From positions 4,928,001 to 4,992,000 of the forward strand of contig OZ242374.1 in NCBI GenBank assembly GCA_965209055.1: a DNA stretch of 64,000 nucleotides, given 5' to 3'. The notes under the pieces were generated by a model. It saw only the letters and a list, made by a program, of their open reading frames with translations, ran no database searches and had not been told where the DNA came from. The number at the start of each line of letters is the position of its first letter. Positions within the stretch are counted from its first letter, which is position 1. Origin of the DNA: Acidobacteriota bacterium. GTDB taxonomy: Bacteria > Acidobacteriota > UBA6911 > RPQK01 > JAJDTT01. Positions 1-10,700 of the stretch are shown piece by piece. Both the position numbers and the translations under genes were made by a program.

Positions 1-208
1 TCCAGAAGGCCTTGGTGACGATGGTCAGGAGGATGAGCCACAGCAGGGCCCCTCCGTAGCGGGCGCCCGCCACCGGCTCGGTGAGGATCTCGCCGCTGCC
101 GATGGCCTCGGCCAGGAGCATGAGCATGGGCCCGATCCAGGCCAGGGCCGTGACGGTCTCTCCCGAGACCCGCATCACGCGCGGTTGTGTCGATCCCGTA
201 TCGGTCAT
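1..208 (-). CDS. Nramp-family divalent metal transporter-like membrane protein (5' part only, runs off window)
   Basis: Manual translation from ATG at 208: MTDTGSTQPRVMRVSGETVTALAWIGPMLMLLAEAIGSGEILTEPVAGARYGGALLWLILLTIVTKAFW. The GP..IGSGE..GARYG..LLW..K pattern is typical of Nramp-like N-termini. Not in the ORF track. Confidence 0.7.
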   Translation of the reverse strand, partial: MTDTGSTQPRVMRVSGETVTALAWIGPMLMLLAEAIGSGEILTEPVAGARYGGALLWLILLTIVTKAFW

Positions 209-217
209 GGGTTCGGC

Positions 218-1741
218 CTATTCCGTCCAGAATGCATAGAGGCTCGCCTGACGCATGTGGAAGCGGATCCGGACCTGCTTTCCTTCCAGCGCGGCCCAAT
301 TGGGAGTCCCCTTCCACTTGAGCTCGCCCTTCAGGTGATCTCCTTTGACCGGGATGCTCTTGTCCAGCGAGAAAGTGTCGGTGGGACCCAGGATCTCCGC
401 CCGGATCTGGCCGCCGGAGGCGTCGGCGTTCACGAACAACCTTCGGCCCTCCAAGTTCAGGCGGACAGTCGTGAGAGTCCCCTCCTGGTGGCCGGCGTCC
501 ATGGAAACGAAGCCGTCCAGGCGCAGCTTGGCCAGCAGGATGGCCCCGTTGTCCGGGACCGACACGTAGCGCCGCCGTCCGTCCACGAGAGGACCGATGT
601 TGTCCGGCTGAAATCGCCGCCGCATCCCGCTGTAGTAGAGCCACAACTCACCGTCCCGCACGATGGGACGCGTCGGCGGAACGATGGTGCCGGTGTCGTA
701 GCGGCCCAACCCGTCGTAGGAGAGGGGGATGAAGATGGCCCGTCCCGCCACCCTCTGCCATTCCCTCAGGTCCCGCGTGGAGACCATCTCCACCATGTGG
801 AACCCATCCTGGTTGCCGATGGGCGTGGGGCCGGTCTGATGAAATTTCATGGGCAGGCCCAGGTACATGCCCTCGTAGGGGAAGACGGGCATGTTGTAGA
901 TGTCCACGTTGTAGTGGGAGGGCTGGTTGATGGCCATGGGGACCCAGCGGGGATCGGACACGCGCTCGGCGATCCGCTGCCGGCCCACGACCTGGTCCTC
1001 GCCGTCCGCGTGGAAGATGAGCCTGGGCTCGGTCCAGTTTGCGAAATCCTTGCTCACGGCGAGGTAGACCGACCTTCCGTAAGGTGCGGCGTGCTTGACG
1101 GTGGAGAGGAACTGCTTGCCCAGCTCGTCGTAGATCATCTGCGATTCGTCGGCGCTGGGGACGGCGGAGACCTCCAGAGGGGTCCAGTGAAGGCCATCCG
1201 GCGATACCGCCGGCTGCCGCTTCCCAATTCCGAACATGCCCTTGTAGCGCCGTTCCGGCACGTCGTGGGGATCGTAGACGACGTGATAGAGGAACTGTTC
1301 GCTGCGGTCATGCTGGGCCACCAGGTTGTTGGCCTTGGACCCGTCCCATTCGACCAGGTTCAGCACCGGCTTGTCCCAGCGGAGTCCATCCCTGGAGACG
1401 GCGATGAGGGAGGTATGCTGCTCCTTCGTCCCCTTCCCCTTCTTGGCGAAGGCCATGTAGTAGAACTTCCACAGCTTCTCATCCGGGACCCAAAAAGGGG
1501 CCGTGCGCGCCTGCACCACGAAGTTCTCCCAGGGATGCACGGGCCGGATCATGGGGTCCGGGTGCTTCGTGGGCTGGTGCAGAGTGCGCTTGACATTGAC
1601 CAGCTTCCCGATGATGTGGTCGTCGACGAAGAGCTGCTTGTGCTCGGGAGTCACCTGCGGGATGTATTGGGCCGGCAGCAGGGTCCAGCTTCCTTGAACG
1701 ACTGCGAAAACGACCAGGACGACGATTACGATCCGGTTCAT
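218..1741 (-). CDS. Secreted five-bladed beta-propeller glycoside hydrolase-like protein (GH32/GH43-like clan)
   Basis: Signal peptide MNRIVIVVLVVFAVVQG after a GAAGGAAGG RBS. Motifs QLFVDD, SRDGLRW, SPDGLHW, SKDFANW and LRLDGFVS, plus a C-terminal beta-sandwich. Start trimmed from ORF 218..1897. Confidence 0.7.
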   Translation of the reverse strand: MNRIVIVVLVVFAVVQGSWTLLPAQYIPQVTPEHKQLFVDDHIIGKLVNVKRTLHQPTKHPDPMIRPVHPWENFVVQARTAPFWVPDEKLWKFYYMAFAKKGKGTKEQHTSLIAVSRDGLRWDKPVLNLVEWDGSKANNLVAQHDRSEQFLYHVVYDPHDVPERRYKGMFGIGKRQPAVSPDGLHWTPLEVSAVPSADESQMIYDELGKQFLSTVKHAAPYGRSVYLAVSKDFANWTEPRLIFHADGEDQVVGRQRIAERVSDPRWVPMAINQPSHYNVDIYNMPVFPYEGMYLGLPMKFHQTGPTPIGNQDGFHMVEMVSTRDLREWQRVAGRAIFIPLSYDGLGRYDTGTIVPPTRPIVRDGELWLYYSGMRRRFQPDNIGPLVDGRRRYVSVPDNGAILLAKLRLDGFVSMDAGHQEGTLTTVRLNLEGRRLFVNADASGGQIRAEILGPTDTFSLDKSIPVKGDHLKGELKWKGTPNWAALEGKQVRIRFHMRQASLYAFWTE

Positions 1742-1903
1742 GTGCCTTCCTTCCGATATCGGTTCCTCTATCTCAACCTTTTGATGGGAACGGCATCCGT
1801 TCCGGCTCCCGGGGCCGGACCGAGGCCGCCGCAAGGTTACGCTTGAGGCAATCCCCGCCGCAACCTTTAGAAGTTCAAAGCCGGACGGCGCGGACACCCT
1901 GAT

Positions 1904-2851
1904 TCAGACCAGGACGACCTTTCCTCCCGGCTTGAGGATCAGGACGTCAGTGGCCGGCAACCGATAGTTGCGCGCCGCCAGAGCCGTGACAAACTCCGCC
2001 GGGTGCCCTCCCTGCGACCTCACCGGAGGGGACGTGAATCCGTAGTGGCAGGGGATGACCACCTTGGGCTGCAGGATCTGTGTCAAGAGGGCCGCGAACC
2101 CCACGCCCAGGTTGGTGTCGTTGATGGGAAGCAGCAGGTAGTCCACCTCGAGGTTGCAGTTCTCGGCCTTGTGAGGGTGGTCGAAGCGGCCGTCGCCCGG
2201 ATGGTAGATGTTGCCGTAGCGGGTCTCGAGAAGGAAGCCGCAGGCGCCCTCTGAATTTCCATGCCGGGCGTATTGAATCCGGACGGTGAAACCCTCGCCG
2301 CGGATGCGGTCCCCATGGGCCACAGCCTGCAACTGCTCTTTGGGAACTCCCTCTTCGATCAACATGGGGTGGCACGACGGCGGCGCCAGAATCCGGGGAT
2401 TGTGACGGGAGAGAGCCTTGACCGACCGGGGCTCGCAGTGGTCGGTGTGATCGTGGGTCACGAGGACGTAGTCGGCCCGCTTCACTTCCGAGCCGGAGAG
2501 CGGGTAGTGCTCGGTCTCAAGGTACAGGCTGTCGGGATCGTAGAAACGGACCTCCGGAGGAAGGCGATCCGCCTGCCGGCGCGCCTTCCGCAACTCGGCA
2601 TAGAGAGGATTGCCGCTCTGGAGGATCGGGTCCAGGAAGATGATCACCTCCCCCAGCCGGACCACGAATCCCACGTTCACGAGGGTCCAGATGGCGTCGT
2701 AGCCGCCGGCGCCGAACACCTCTCCCGCGATCTTGCGCGGCTGCGGGAGCGCGAGTCGACCCGTTTTCTTCCCCTGCGCCTGAGGAACACCGCTCGAGGC
2801 GGCCGCCACTCCGGCCGTCAGACCGGTCTCGATAAAGCTTCTTCGATTCAT
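1904..2851 (-). CDS. Tat-exported metallo-beta-lactamase-fold hydrolase (UlaG-like)
   Basis: MNRRSFI Tat motif; THDHTDH metal-binding motif; YHPGD and IPCHY motifs. Confidence 0.85.
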   Translation of the reverse strand: MNRRSFIETGLTAGVAAASSGVPQAQGKKTGRLALPQPRKIAGEVFGAGGYDAIWTLVNVGFVVRLGEVIIFLDPILQSGNPLYAELRKARRQADRLPPEVRFYDPDSLYLETEHYPLSGSEVKRADYVLVTHDHTDHCEPRSVKALSRHNPRILAPPSCHPMLIEEGVPKEQLQAVAHGDRIRGEGFTVRIQYARHGNSEGACGFLLETRYGNIYHPGDGRFDHPHKAENCNLEVDYLLLPINDTNLGVGFAALLTQILQPKVVIPCHYGFTSPPVRSQGGHPAEFVTALAARNYRLPATDVLILKPGGKVVLV

Positions 2852-3068
2852 GAAAACAACTCCCGGAAGACTCGACCTATGCTCTGGCAGTCCAAACGAC
2901 AGTGCCGGCGAGAACACCCCAGCCGGTTGGATCTGGGAGCTCCTTGAAGATTTTCGCACTGCTGCTGATGCTACCCAAGAATTCAACATTTTAAACATTT
3001 CACTGTTTCTATACGATTATCTACGTCCTTTACCTCGGGAAGAGCTGCCGTCGCCGGCATACGTGATC

Positions 3069-5306
3069 ATGAAAGTTCAAAGTCAGTCTCCAGAGGTGCT
3101 TCGGCGCAAGTTGCAGATTGACGAGAGACGTCTGAAGCAGGACCTGAGACTGGCGATACGTGACGTCTACGATGCAATCGTCGAGTTGGTGACGAACGCC
3201 GACGATCGATACCAAGTGCTACGGGAAAAAGGCCGGATCGAGATCGAACTGGGACGCCGTGGCAGGGGACAGACTTCAATCCTGCGTGTTCGCGACTTCG
3301 CGGACGGCATGACGAGAGACCAGATGGACAGAAAACTCGGGCGTGTCGGCGGCCGGGTTTCCGGCTTGGAATCGGGTCATGCCGTGCGCGGAACCAATTC
3401 GCGGGGAGCGAAGGATGTTGCGGCGCTCGGCCGGGTCACTTTTGAATCGATTGCTCGCGAGGACGGCCAGCTTCACAGATGCAGTATAAACAATCTCGAT
3501 TTTGAACTGGCGAAGTCCCGAAGGATAACGCGCGACGACAGAAAGCGTCTCGGCATACACACTGGCTCCGGCACCGTTGTTACGATCGAGATCGAACCCA
3601 AACACAATATACCGGTACGAAAGACACTCACCCGTCAGGTCGCGCGCCTGGTCAGGCTCCGCGATATCATCCGGCAAAAAACTACATCGATTGTAATCCG
3701 GGACCCTAAGACCGGCGGGACGCACCCCCTCAAGTTACCCATGCCGAAGGGCAAGGAGCGAGTCGCCAAGACCTTTACGGTGCCAGGCTATCCGGGGAAG
3801 CATGCCAAGATCACCATATTTCGGACATACAAAAGGTTTGAACGGGGGAATGACCGCTTTCGACTCGGAGGAATCCTGGTCAAATCCAGGCATGCGATCC
3901 ATGAGGCTACGCTTTTCGAGCGGTCTCTTGAATTCGATTCCAATGCACACTGGTTTCATGGTCACCTCAAATGCGCCGCAATAGACGACTTGTGGAACGA
4001 ATACGATGACCGCGAGGAGCGAAATAAATCCCACGCTAAAGACAATCCCCTTCCAATCCTCGATCCGTCGCGAAAATCGGGTCTGACCCGGGACCATCCC
4101 TTCGTCTCGGCACTCTACGGGCAGGCCCTCCATTTTCTGCGTCCTCTGGTCGAAGAAGAGCGGAAACGGGAGCAACGTCAACGGTCTCGAGTGGAAAGCC
4201 AAAAAACCCGTAGGCGATTGGACGATTTGGGCAAGTTGGTGAATCGGTTCTGGGAAGAATTTTCGGACGAGGAAGGGCCAGATACGGCTCGTGATCCTCG
4301 GCACACGGAGCGAGGAAGCCGTTTCCAACTCACGGGATATTCGTTGAGCCCGCCTTTCGCCCAGATTGTGAAAGGCCACTCGCGCACGTGCTGGCTGACG
4401 GTGCGCCAGCAGGCGTTCCCCGAGATCACTGCCGGTGACCAAGTCAAGGTCGATTGTCTGACTGCGGAGTTGACGGCCAACAAGGTCCATGTACCTTTGA
4501 CTCCTCATCCGTCACAGAAGGGTGTCTTGCGCGCCGTATGGTTGGTAAAAGGCGTCAAAGAAACTGCAGCGACCGGTTTGCGTGCCAGTGTCCGTACGAT
4601 CGTCGCCGAATCTACTATTGCCATACTTGCTTCCGAGGCAGACAAGTACCGGGAAGTCACTACACTGCAGTTCGAGCGAAAGCGGTATCGGATCCGCGGA
4701 GGCTCCGGTAAGCGGGTCAAGCTGTTTGCGCCAATTGCACTGATCGAATCGGCCGGGCGCCATTTCGATCTGGAGTACGACGAATTCGACTACCAGATCG
4801 CCGGGTCAAGAGAGCTGTTCCCCAGGCCAAAACTGGGGATCGCGGTGGGGGAGCTCAGAGTGAAACCCCGTCACGAAAGGGTCGCTCCGGCGAAGATGGT
4901 CGCACGCCTCGGAGGACAAGAAGCGGACGCCGAAATACTTGCGCTTCCTCCCCGAGGTTCCGGTATCACTATCAGGCTGGAAGACGTCGACTACGAAACG
5001 CATCGATACAGGTGGAACAGCAATGTACTCGAGATTGCAGCCAGGCATCCCTCGCTTGCACGATATCTGGGCAAGAAATCTGAACATTTCCCGGGGCAGG
5101 ACGAGCGTCATTTTCGGGTCCTCCTAGCTGAAATTGTCGCAGAAGCGACATGTTCAAGGAGGCTGACCCAGAACATCGCGGCGAACCCGATTGACTACGA
5201 GAATTCCAACTGGCAGGAATTCCACCACAAGTTTTCGGCATATATGTCGGATTTCTTACCCAGAGCTCATGCACTGATGGTACCGGACACACGACCTCTC
5301 GATTGA
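3069..5306 (+). CDS. GHKL (Hsp90/MORC-like) ATPase domain protein
   Basis: GHKL boxes ELVTNADD (N), RDFADGMT (G1), GTNSRGAKD (G2) and GTVVTI (G3); mid coiled-coil; C-terminal LEIAARHP motif. Start chosen at ATG 3069. Confidence 0.75.
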   Translation: MKVQSQSPEVLRRKLQIDERRLKQDLRLAIRDVYDAIVELVTNADDRYQVLREKGRIEIELGRRGRGQTSILRVRDFADGMTRDQMDRKLGRVGGRVSGLESGHAVRGTNSRGAKDVAALGRVTFESIAREDGQLHRCSINNLDFELAKSRRITRDDRKRLGIHTGSGTVVTIEIEPKHNIPVRKTLTRQVARLVRLRDIIRQKTTSIVIRDPKTGGTHPLKLPMPKGKERVAKTFTVPGYPGKHAKITIFRTYKRFERGNDRFRLGGILVKSRHAIHEATLFERSLEFDSNAHWFHGHLKCAAIDDLWNEYDDREERNKSHAKDNPLPILDPSRKSGLTRDHPFVSALYGQALHFLRPLVEEERKREQRQRSRVESQKTRRRLDDLGKLVNRFWEEFSDEEGPDTARDPRHTERGSRFQLTGYSLSPPFAQIVKGHSRTCWLTVRQQAFPEITAGDQVKVDCLTAELTANKVHVPLTPHPSQKGVLRAVWLVKGVKETAATGLRASVRTIVAESTIAILASEADKYREVTTLQFERKRYRIRGGSGKRVKLFAPIALIESAGRHFDLEYDEFDYQIAGSRELFPRPKLGIAVGELRVKPRHERVAPAKMVARLGGQEADAEILALPPRGSGITIRLEDVDYETHRYRWNSNVLEIAARHPSLARYLGKKSEHFPGQDERHFRVLLAEIVAEATCSRRLTQNIAANPIDYENSNWQEFHHKFSAYMSDFLPRAHALMVPDTRPLD

Positions 5307-5438
5307 CGCCCCCGTCTGCTGCGGAATCTACCGACAAGAGACACTAAGTGTCCGAGAGAGGGGTCGGCAGAAATCTCTCCTGAGGGAAGACTTGTACGGT
5401 GAACGGCACGACCCTAGACTCATCCACGGAGCCTTTTC

Positions 5439-6914
5439 GTGAAGGTCGCAATCGCCGCATTATTGCAAGAGACGAATACTTTTTCCCCTCAAGCCACGGT
5501 CCGGGGCCACTTCCTGATGACCCCCGGACGCGAGTTGATCGAAAGCCACCAAACGGAAAACAGTGAGTTGCATGGATTCGTGGATGCGCTGACCCGGGCC
5601 GGGGCGCGAATCGCGCCCATTCTGGGTGGATGGGCCGTCAGTTACGGCAGGATCAGGGCCGGCGATTTCCACTCGCTGCTGGATGAACTCAAGGAGGGAA
5701 TCAGAAAGGCAGGGCCCCTGGACGGATTGCTCCTGGCGCTGCACGGCGCCTGGGCCGGCGAGGGAATCGACAGTTGCGACGGCGCTGTCCTGCGGGAGGC
5801 CAGAGAGCTGCTGGGGCCCTCGGTTCCCATCGTCGCCACCTTGGATCTCCACGCCAACCTGACCCGCGCCATGCGGGAGAACGCCGATGCCCTGGTGGGC
5901 TATCAGACCTGTCCCCACGTGGACCTTTACGACACCGGACGGCGGGCGGGCGACCTGATGATCTCCCTTCTCCGGCGCGAGGTCCGCCCCACCATGCACG
6001 CCGTGAAGATCCCCATGGTGGTCCAGGCGGAAAACATGCTCACGGACCGGGGCGAATTCCGCCGGATTTACGACCGTGTCCGGTCCTTGCAGGGCCGTGG
6101 CACAACCATCTCCGCTTCAGTATTTGCAGTCCAACCCTGGATGGACGTGGAGGAGTTGGGTTGGGCCTCGCTGGTCATCACCGACGGCGATCCGGCACGG
6201 GCCAAATCTCAGGCCGATGAACTGGCCCGCTTCATCTGGTCCGTCCGGGAGTCGTTCGTCGTTGCCCTCCCCACGGTGGAGGAAGCCTTGGAGCAGGCTC
6301 TTTCCGTACGCGGGGGTCCGGTGGTGCTTGGTGAGGGTGCGGACGGAACCATGGGGGGCGCGCCCGGCGACGGGACCAGCATTCTGGCCGGCATCCTGAG
6401 CAAGGGAATCAATGTGCCGACGGCGGCCGTGGTCGTCGATCCCTTCGCGGTCGAGGAGGCGATCCGGGCGGGAGTCGGGAATACCGTCACCCTGCGGGCC
6501 GGGGGAAGGTTGGATCCCGACTACGCCTCGCCCGTTCGCGTCACGGGCAAGGTCAAGCTCATTTCCGACGGCGAGTTCCGCTACAAGGGCCGCGTTTACA
6601 CGGGCCGCAAGGTCGAGATGGGGAGGGCCGTCGTGTTGTCCATCGGACGCATCCGCCTGCTGATCTCCCAGCGGCCCGTTCCCACGACCGATCCGGAGCT
6701 GTATCGAAGCCACGGGATCGAACCGCGCGACATGAAGCTGGTGCTGGTCAAGTCGCCTTTGGGGATGCGTACCGAGTACGAACCCATCGCTCGTTCCATC
6801 ATCGTCGTGAACAGCCCGGGATGCTGCAGCCCCGACTTGACCACGCTCCCGTTCGTGAGGATGCCCCGGCCCATATTTCCCTTCGACGAGTTCGACTATT
6901 CGCCTGACGAATAA
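5439..6914 (+). CDS. M81 family metallopeptidase (MlrC-like)
   Basis: QETNTFSP, LHGA, TLDLHAN, PHVD and LVKS motifs characteristic of MlrC/M81. Confidence 0.9.
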   Translation: MKVAIAALLQETNTFSPQATVRGHFLMTPGRELIESHQTENSELHGFVDALTRAGARIAPILGGWAVSYGRIRAGDFHSLLDELKEGIRKAGPLDGLLLALHGAWAGEGIDSCDGAVLREARELLGPSVPIVATLDLHANLTRAMRENADALVGYQTCPHVDLYDTGRRAGDLMISLLRREVRPTMHAVKIPMVVQAENMLTDRGEFRRIYDRVRSLQGRGTTISASVFAVQPWMDVEELGWASLVITDGDPARAKSQADELARFIWSVRESFVVALPTVEEALEQALSVRGGPVVLGEGADGTMGGAPGDGTSILAGILSKGINVPTAAVVVDPFAVEEAIRAGVGNTVTLRAGGRLDPDYASPVRVTGKVKLISDGEFRYKGRVYTGRKVEMGRAVVLSIGRIRLLISQRPVPTTDPELYRSHGIEPRDMKLVLVKSPLGMRTEYEPIARSIIVVNSPGCCSPDLTTLPFVRMPRPIFPFDEFDYSPDE

Positions 6915-6934
6915 AAAGTGGAGATTGTCCGATC

Positions 6935-7621
6935 ATGTGCGGCCGTTTCACTCAGATGATGTCCTGGAGTCAGGTCCACGAGCTGTACCGCCACAAGGAA
7001 CCGGTGGCGCCATTGACTATGACGGCCCGATACAACGGCGCGCCGACCCAGGATTTTGCGGCCTGCAGGCTCGACGAGGCCGGACGGCGCACGGTCGTGA
7101 AACTGCGTTGGGGACTGGTGCCGTCCTGGGCCAAGGACGTCCGGATCGGTTTCCGGCTGATCAACGCGCGGTCGGAGACGGTCCACTCCAAGCCGTCGTT
7201 CGCCTCCGCCTTCCGTTCCCGCCGTTGCCTGGTGCCGGCGAACGGGTGGTTCGAGTGGCGAAAGGAAGGCCGCAGCAAGCAACCCTATTTCCTGGCCCTG
7301 GCCAACGGTTCTCCCCTGTCGTTTGCCGGGCTGTGGGAGCGCTGGAGCGGCCCCGCGGATGCTCGGGAGACGTTCACCATCATTACGACGGGAGCTTTTC
7401 CGGATCTTGCCGGCATCCATCATCGCCAACCCGCCATCGTCGACCCCGCGCGATTCGACGACTGGCTCAATCCGGCATCTTCAGTATCGAGCCTCCTCGA
7501 TCTGGTGCGAGAGCCCTGTACCGGCCCCTACGAGAAGCGCCCCGTCAGCACCCTGGTGAACAACGTCCGGAACAACCATCCGGATATCCTCCACTCGGCT
7601 CCGGAGCGGCGTCTGTTCTGA
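6935..7621 (+). CDS. SOS response-associated peptidase (SRAP/HMCES, YedK-like)
   Basis: N-terminal MCGRF catalytic Cys; RYNxAPTQ, WGLVPSW, INARSET and RCLVPANGWFEW motifs. Confidence 0.95.
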   Translation: MCGRFTQMMSWSQVHELYRHKEPVAPLTMTARYNGAPTQDFAACRLDEAGRRTVVKLRWGLVPSWAKDVRIGFRLINARSETVHSKPSFASAFRSRRCLVPANGWFEWRKEGRSKQPYFLALANGSPLSFAGLWERWSGPADARETFTIITTGAFPDLAGIHHRQPAIVDPARFDDWLNPASSVSSLLDLVREPCTGPYEKRPVSTLVNNVRNNHPDILHSAPERRLF

Positions 7622-7700
7622 AAAGTCGAGGAAAGTGAATAGAGTGAAATCAAGCGTGTCGTTTGCGTCTCCGGCACCCCACCGGCGAGAGGACATATCC

Positions 7701-10700
7701 ATGAAAACCGAGTTTCCTCGCTCTTCCCTGCTCTGCGGGTTGGTCCTGCTGGCCGCTTCGGCTCTGCTGTACCGGCTATTGCAGATTGACGAAACGCCGG
7801 GCGACTCCACGTTGACGGTGGCCGAAGGGTTCGAGGTGGAGCTCGTCGCCGGGCCGCCGCTGGTGGAACGTCCCATATCCATCGATTTCGACGAGCAGGG
7901 GCGCCTCTACGTGACCGAGTCCTCCGGTTCCAACGACCCGGTCGAGCAACAGCTTGAGCGGAAACCGCACCGCGTCAAGCGGCTGGAAGACACCGACGGC
8001 GACGGCCGCTTCGACCGGAGCACGCCGTTCGCCGACGGCATGATGATTCCCCAGGGCGCCCTCTGGTTCGACGGCTCGCTCTACGTGGCGGCGCCTCCCA
8101 GCATCTGGAAGCTGACGGACACCGACGGCGACGGCATCGCCGACCGGCGGGAGGAATGGTTCGCGGGCAAGACCCTCACCGGTTGCGCCAACGATCTCCA
8201 TGGTCCCTACCTGGGACCGGACGGTTGGATCTACTGGACCAAGGGCGCCTTCGCCGAGCAGACCTACGAACGGCCGGACGGTCCTCCCCTGGTCACCCGC
8301 GCCGCCCATGTCTTCCGGCGGCGGCCCTCAGATCCCTGGATCGAGCCGGTCCTGTCCGGAGGGATGGACAACCCCGTGGATGTGGTCTTCACGCCCCGGG
8401 GGGAACGGCTGTTGGCGTCCACTTTCGTCCAGCATCCGAAACTGGGCCGCCGCGACGGCATCATTCACGCCGTCCATGGCAGCGTTTACGGAAAACCGCA
8501 CGACGTCCTCAACGGCCACGCCAGGACCGGGGACCTGCTGCCGGCCATGCTGCACCTGGGCCCGGCCGCTCCCTGCGCCCAGACCATCTATGCCTCACGG
8601 GTCTTCGGCAGCGAATACCAGGGCAACCTGTTTGCCTGCCTCTTCAACCTGAACAAGGTGACGCGGCACGTTCTGGAGCCCAGCGGCGCGACCTTCAAGA
8701 CCCGGGACTCGGACTTCCTGGTCTCAGGCGATCGGGACTTCCATCCCACCGACGTACTGGAGGACGCCGACGGCAGCCTGCTGGTGGCCGATACGGGAGG
8801 CTGGTACAAGCTTTGCTGCCCCACGTCCCAGCTCCACAAGCCGGATGTCCTGGGCGGGATCTACCGGATCCGGCGCAAGGGCGCGCCGGGGCCGGCGGAT
8901 CCCAGGGGCCTGAGCATCGACTGGGACAACGCCGGCGGCGCCCGACTGACGGCATTCCTGGATGATCGGCGCCCCGCCGTACGGAACCGGGCCATGGCGG
9001 CGCTGGCCAAGACGGGAAGTCCGGCGGTGGAGGCGCTGAGGCGGGCGCTTGCCACCTCCGATTCCGTCGAGGCGCGCCGAAACGCCGTTTGGACACTGAC
9101 CCGCATCCCTCACCAGGAGGCCCGCGCCGCCGTTCGGCCGGCGCTCTCCGACGCGGACGAGAGCGTGCGGCAGGCCGCCCTTCATTCGGTCAGCGTCTGG
9201 CGGGACGCCGGCAGCGGACCCAGGGTGCTGGAGCTTCTGGAGCAGGGTTCCGCATCCATTCGGAGGGTGGCCGCCGAGGCGTTGGGACGCATCGGCGACC
9301 GCCGCGCCGTCCCCGGCCTGCTGACTCGGACCGCGTCGAAGAACGACCGGATCCTGGAGCACTCCCTGATCTATGCACTGATCGAGATTGCCGATCCCGA
9401 CGGCACCGCTGCCGGGCTGCGCGCCGCTTCCGCCCATACCCGGCGCGCCGCGCTCATCGCCCTGGACCAGATGCCCGCGGGAGGACTGACGCCGGAGTCC
9501 GTCACTCCGCTGCTGGCGTCCGGGGATCCGATCCTCAAGCAGACGGCCGCCTGGATCGCCGGGGGCCATCCGGAGTGGGGAGACGCGTTGGCCCGGTATT
9601 TTCGCCGGCGTCTGGCCCGTCGCAGTCCGGGCTCCGAGGAGAGGGCGGAATTGACCCGGCAACTGGCCAGGTTCGCAGAAAACGGCACCATCCAAAGTTT
9701 GCTGGCATCGACCGTTGCCGGCGCCGGTTCCATCGAGTCCCGCCAGACGGCGTTGCGGGCCATGGCCGGCAGCACCCTCAAGGAGACGCCGTCCGCATGG
9801 GTCGACGGATTCGTCGCGGTCCTGACGCGAGGAGACCCAGCCCTGATCCGGGAGGCGGTGGCCACCCTCCGCAGCCTGCCGAACCCTGGGGACGAGGACG
9901 CCGGGCGTCTGCGGACGGCGCTGCTCCTCGCCGGGCGCGACTCGACTCTTGAACCCGAGTTGCGGGTGAATGCGTTGGCGGCCATACCGGGAGAATTGGA
10001 CGAACTTGCCCCCGATCTCTTTGAAATGTTGCAGGAGAACCTCGGATCCGCGGCGGCGGTGAACGTCCGCACCGGCGCGGCCGGAGTCCTGGGCAGGTCC
10101 CGGCCGAACCGCGATCAGCTGCTGAAATTGACCGAGACGGTCCGGACCGCCGGCCCCCTGGTGCTCTCACCGCTGCTTGGAGCCTATCGCGACGGCGGAG
10201 ACGAAGATCTCGGCCGGCGGCTGATGGCGGCCGTCCGGGACTCAAAAGGGCTGAACGGACTGCGGGCCGACGTCATGAAGCAGACCCTGGCCAACTTTCC
10301 GCCTCCCGTGCAACGACAGGGGGAGCAACTCCTGGCCTCCCTGGCAATGGATCCGGTCCAGCAGAAAACACGTCTGGAGGCTCTGCTGGCGGCCTTGGAC
10401 GAAGGGGATATTCGCCGGGGTCAGGCCGTCTTCAACAGCAACAGCACCGCCTGCTCCTCGTGCCACGCCATCGGCTACCAGGGGGGCCGGTCCGGGCCCG
10501 ATCTCACCCGGATCGGCGACGTTCGATCCAGGCGCGATCTGCTGGAGTCCATCCTGTTTCCCAGCGCCAGCTTCGTCCGCGGCTACGAGCCGGTGGTGGT
10601 GGTGACCGAATCGGGAGAGATCCACCAGGGAGTCGTCACCCGGGACGGGCAGGAGGAGGTCCGGTTGGTGACCGGACCGGACACCGAGGTGCGGGTCGCC

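Noticed and set aside
185-1846. Long antisense or alternative-frame ORFs (e.g. 185..1846, 21515..23413, 39153..40853, 44613..46883, 59067..60236)
   Set aside because: They overlap well-supported genes, lack motifs and are the expected shadow ORFs of high-GC DNA.
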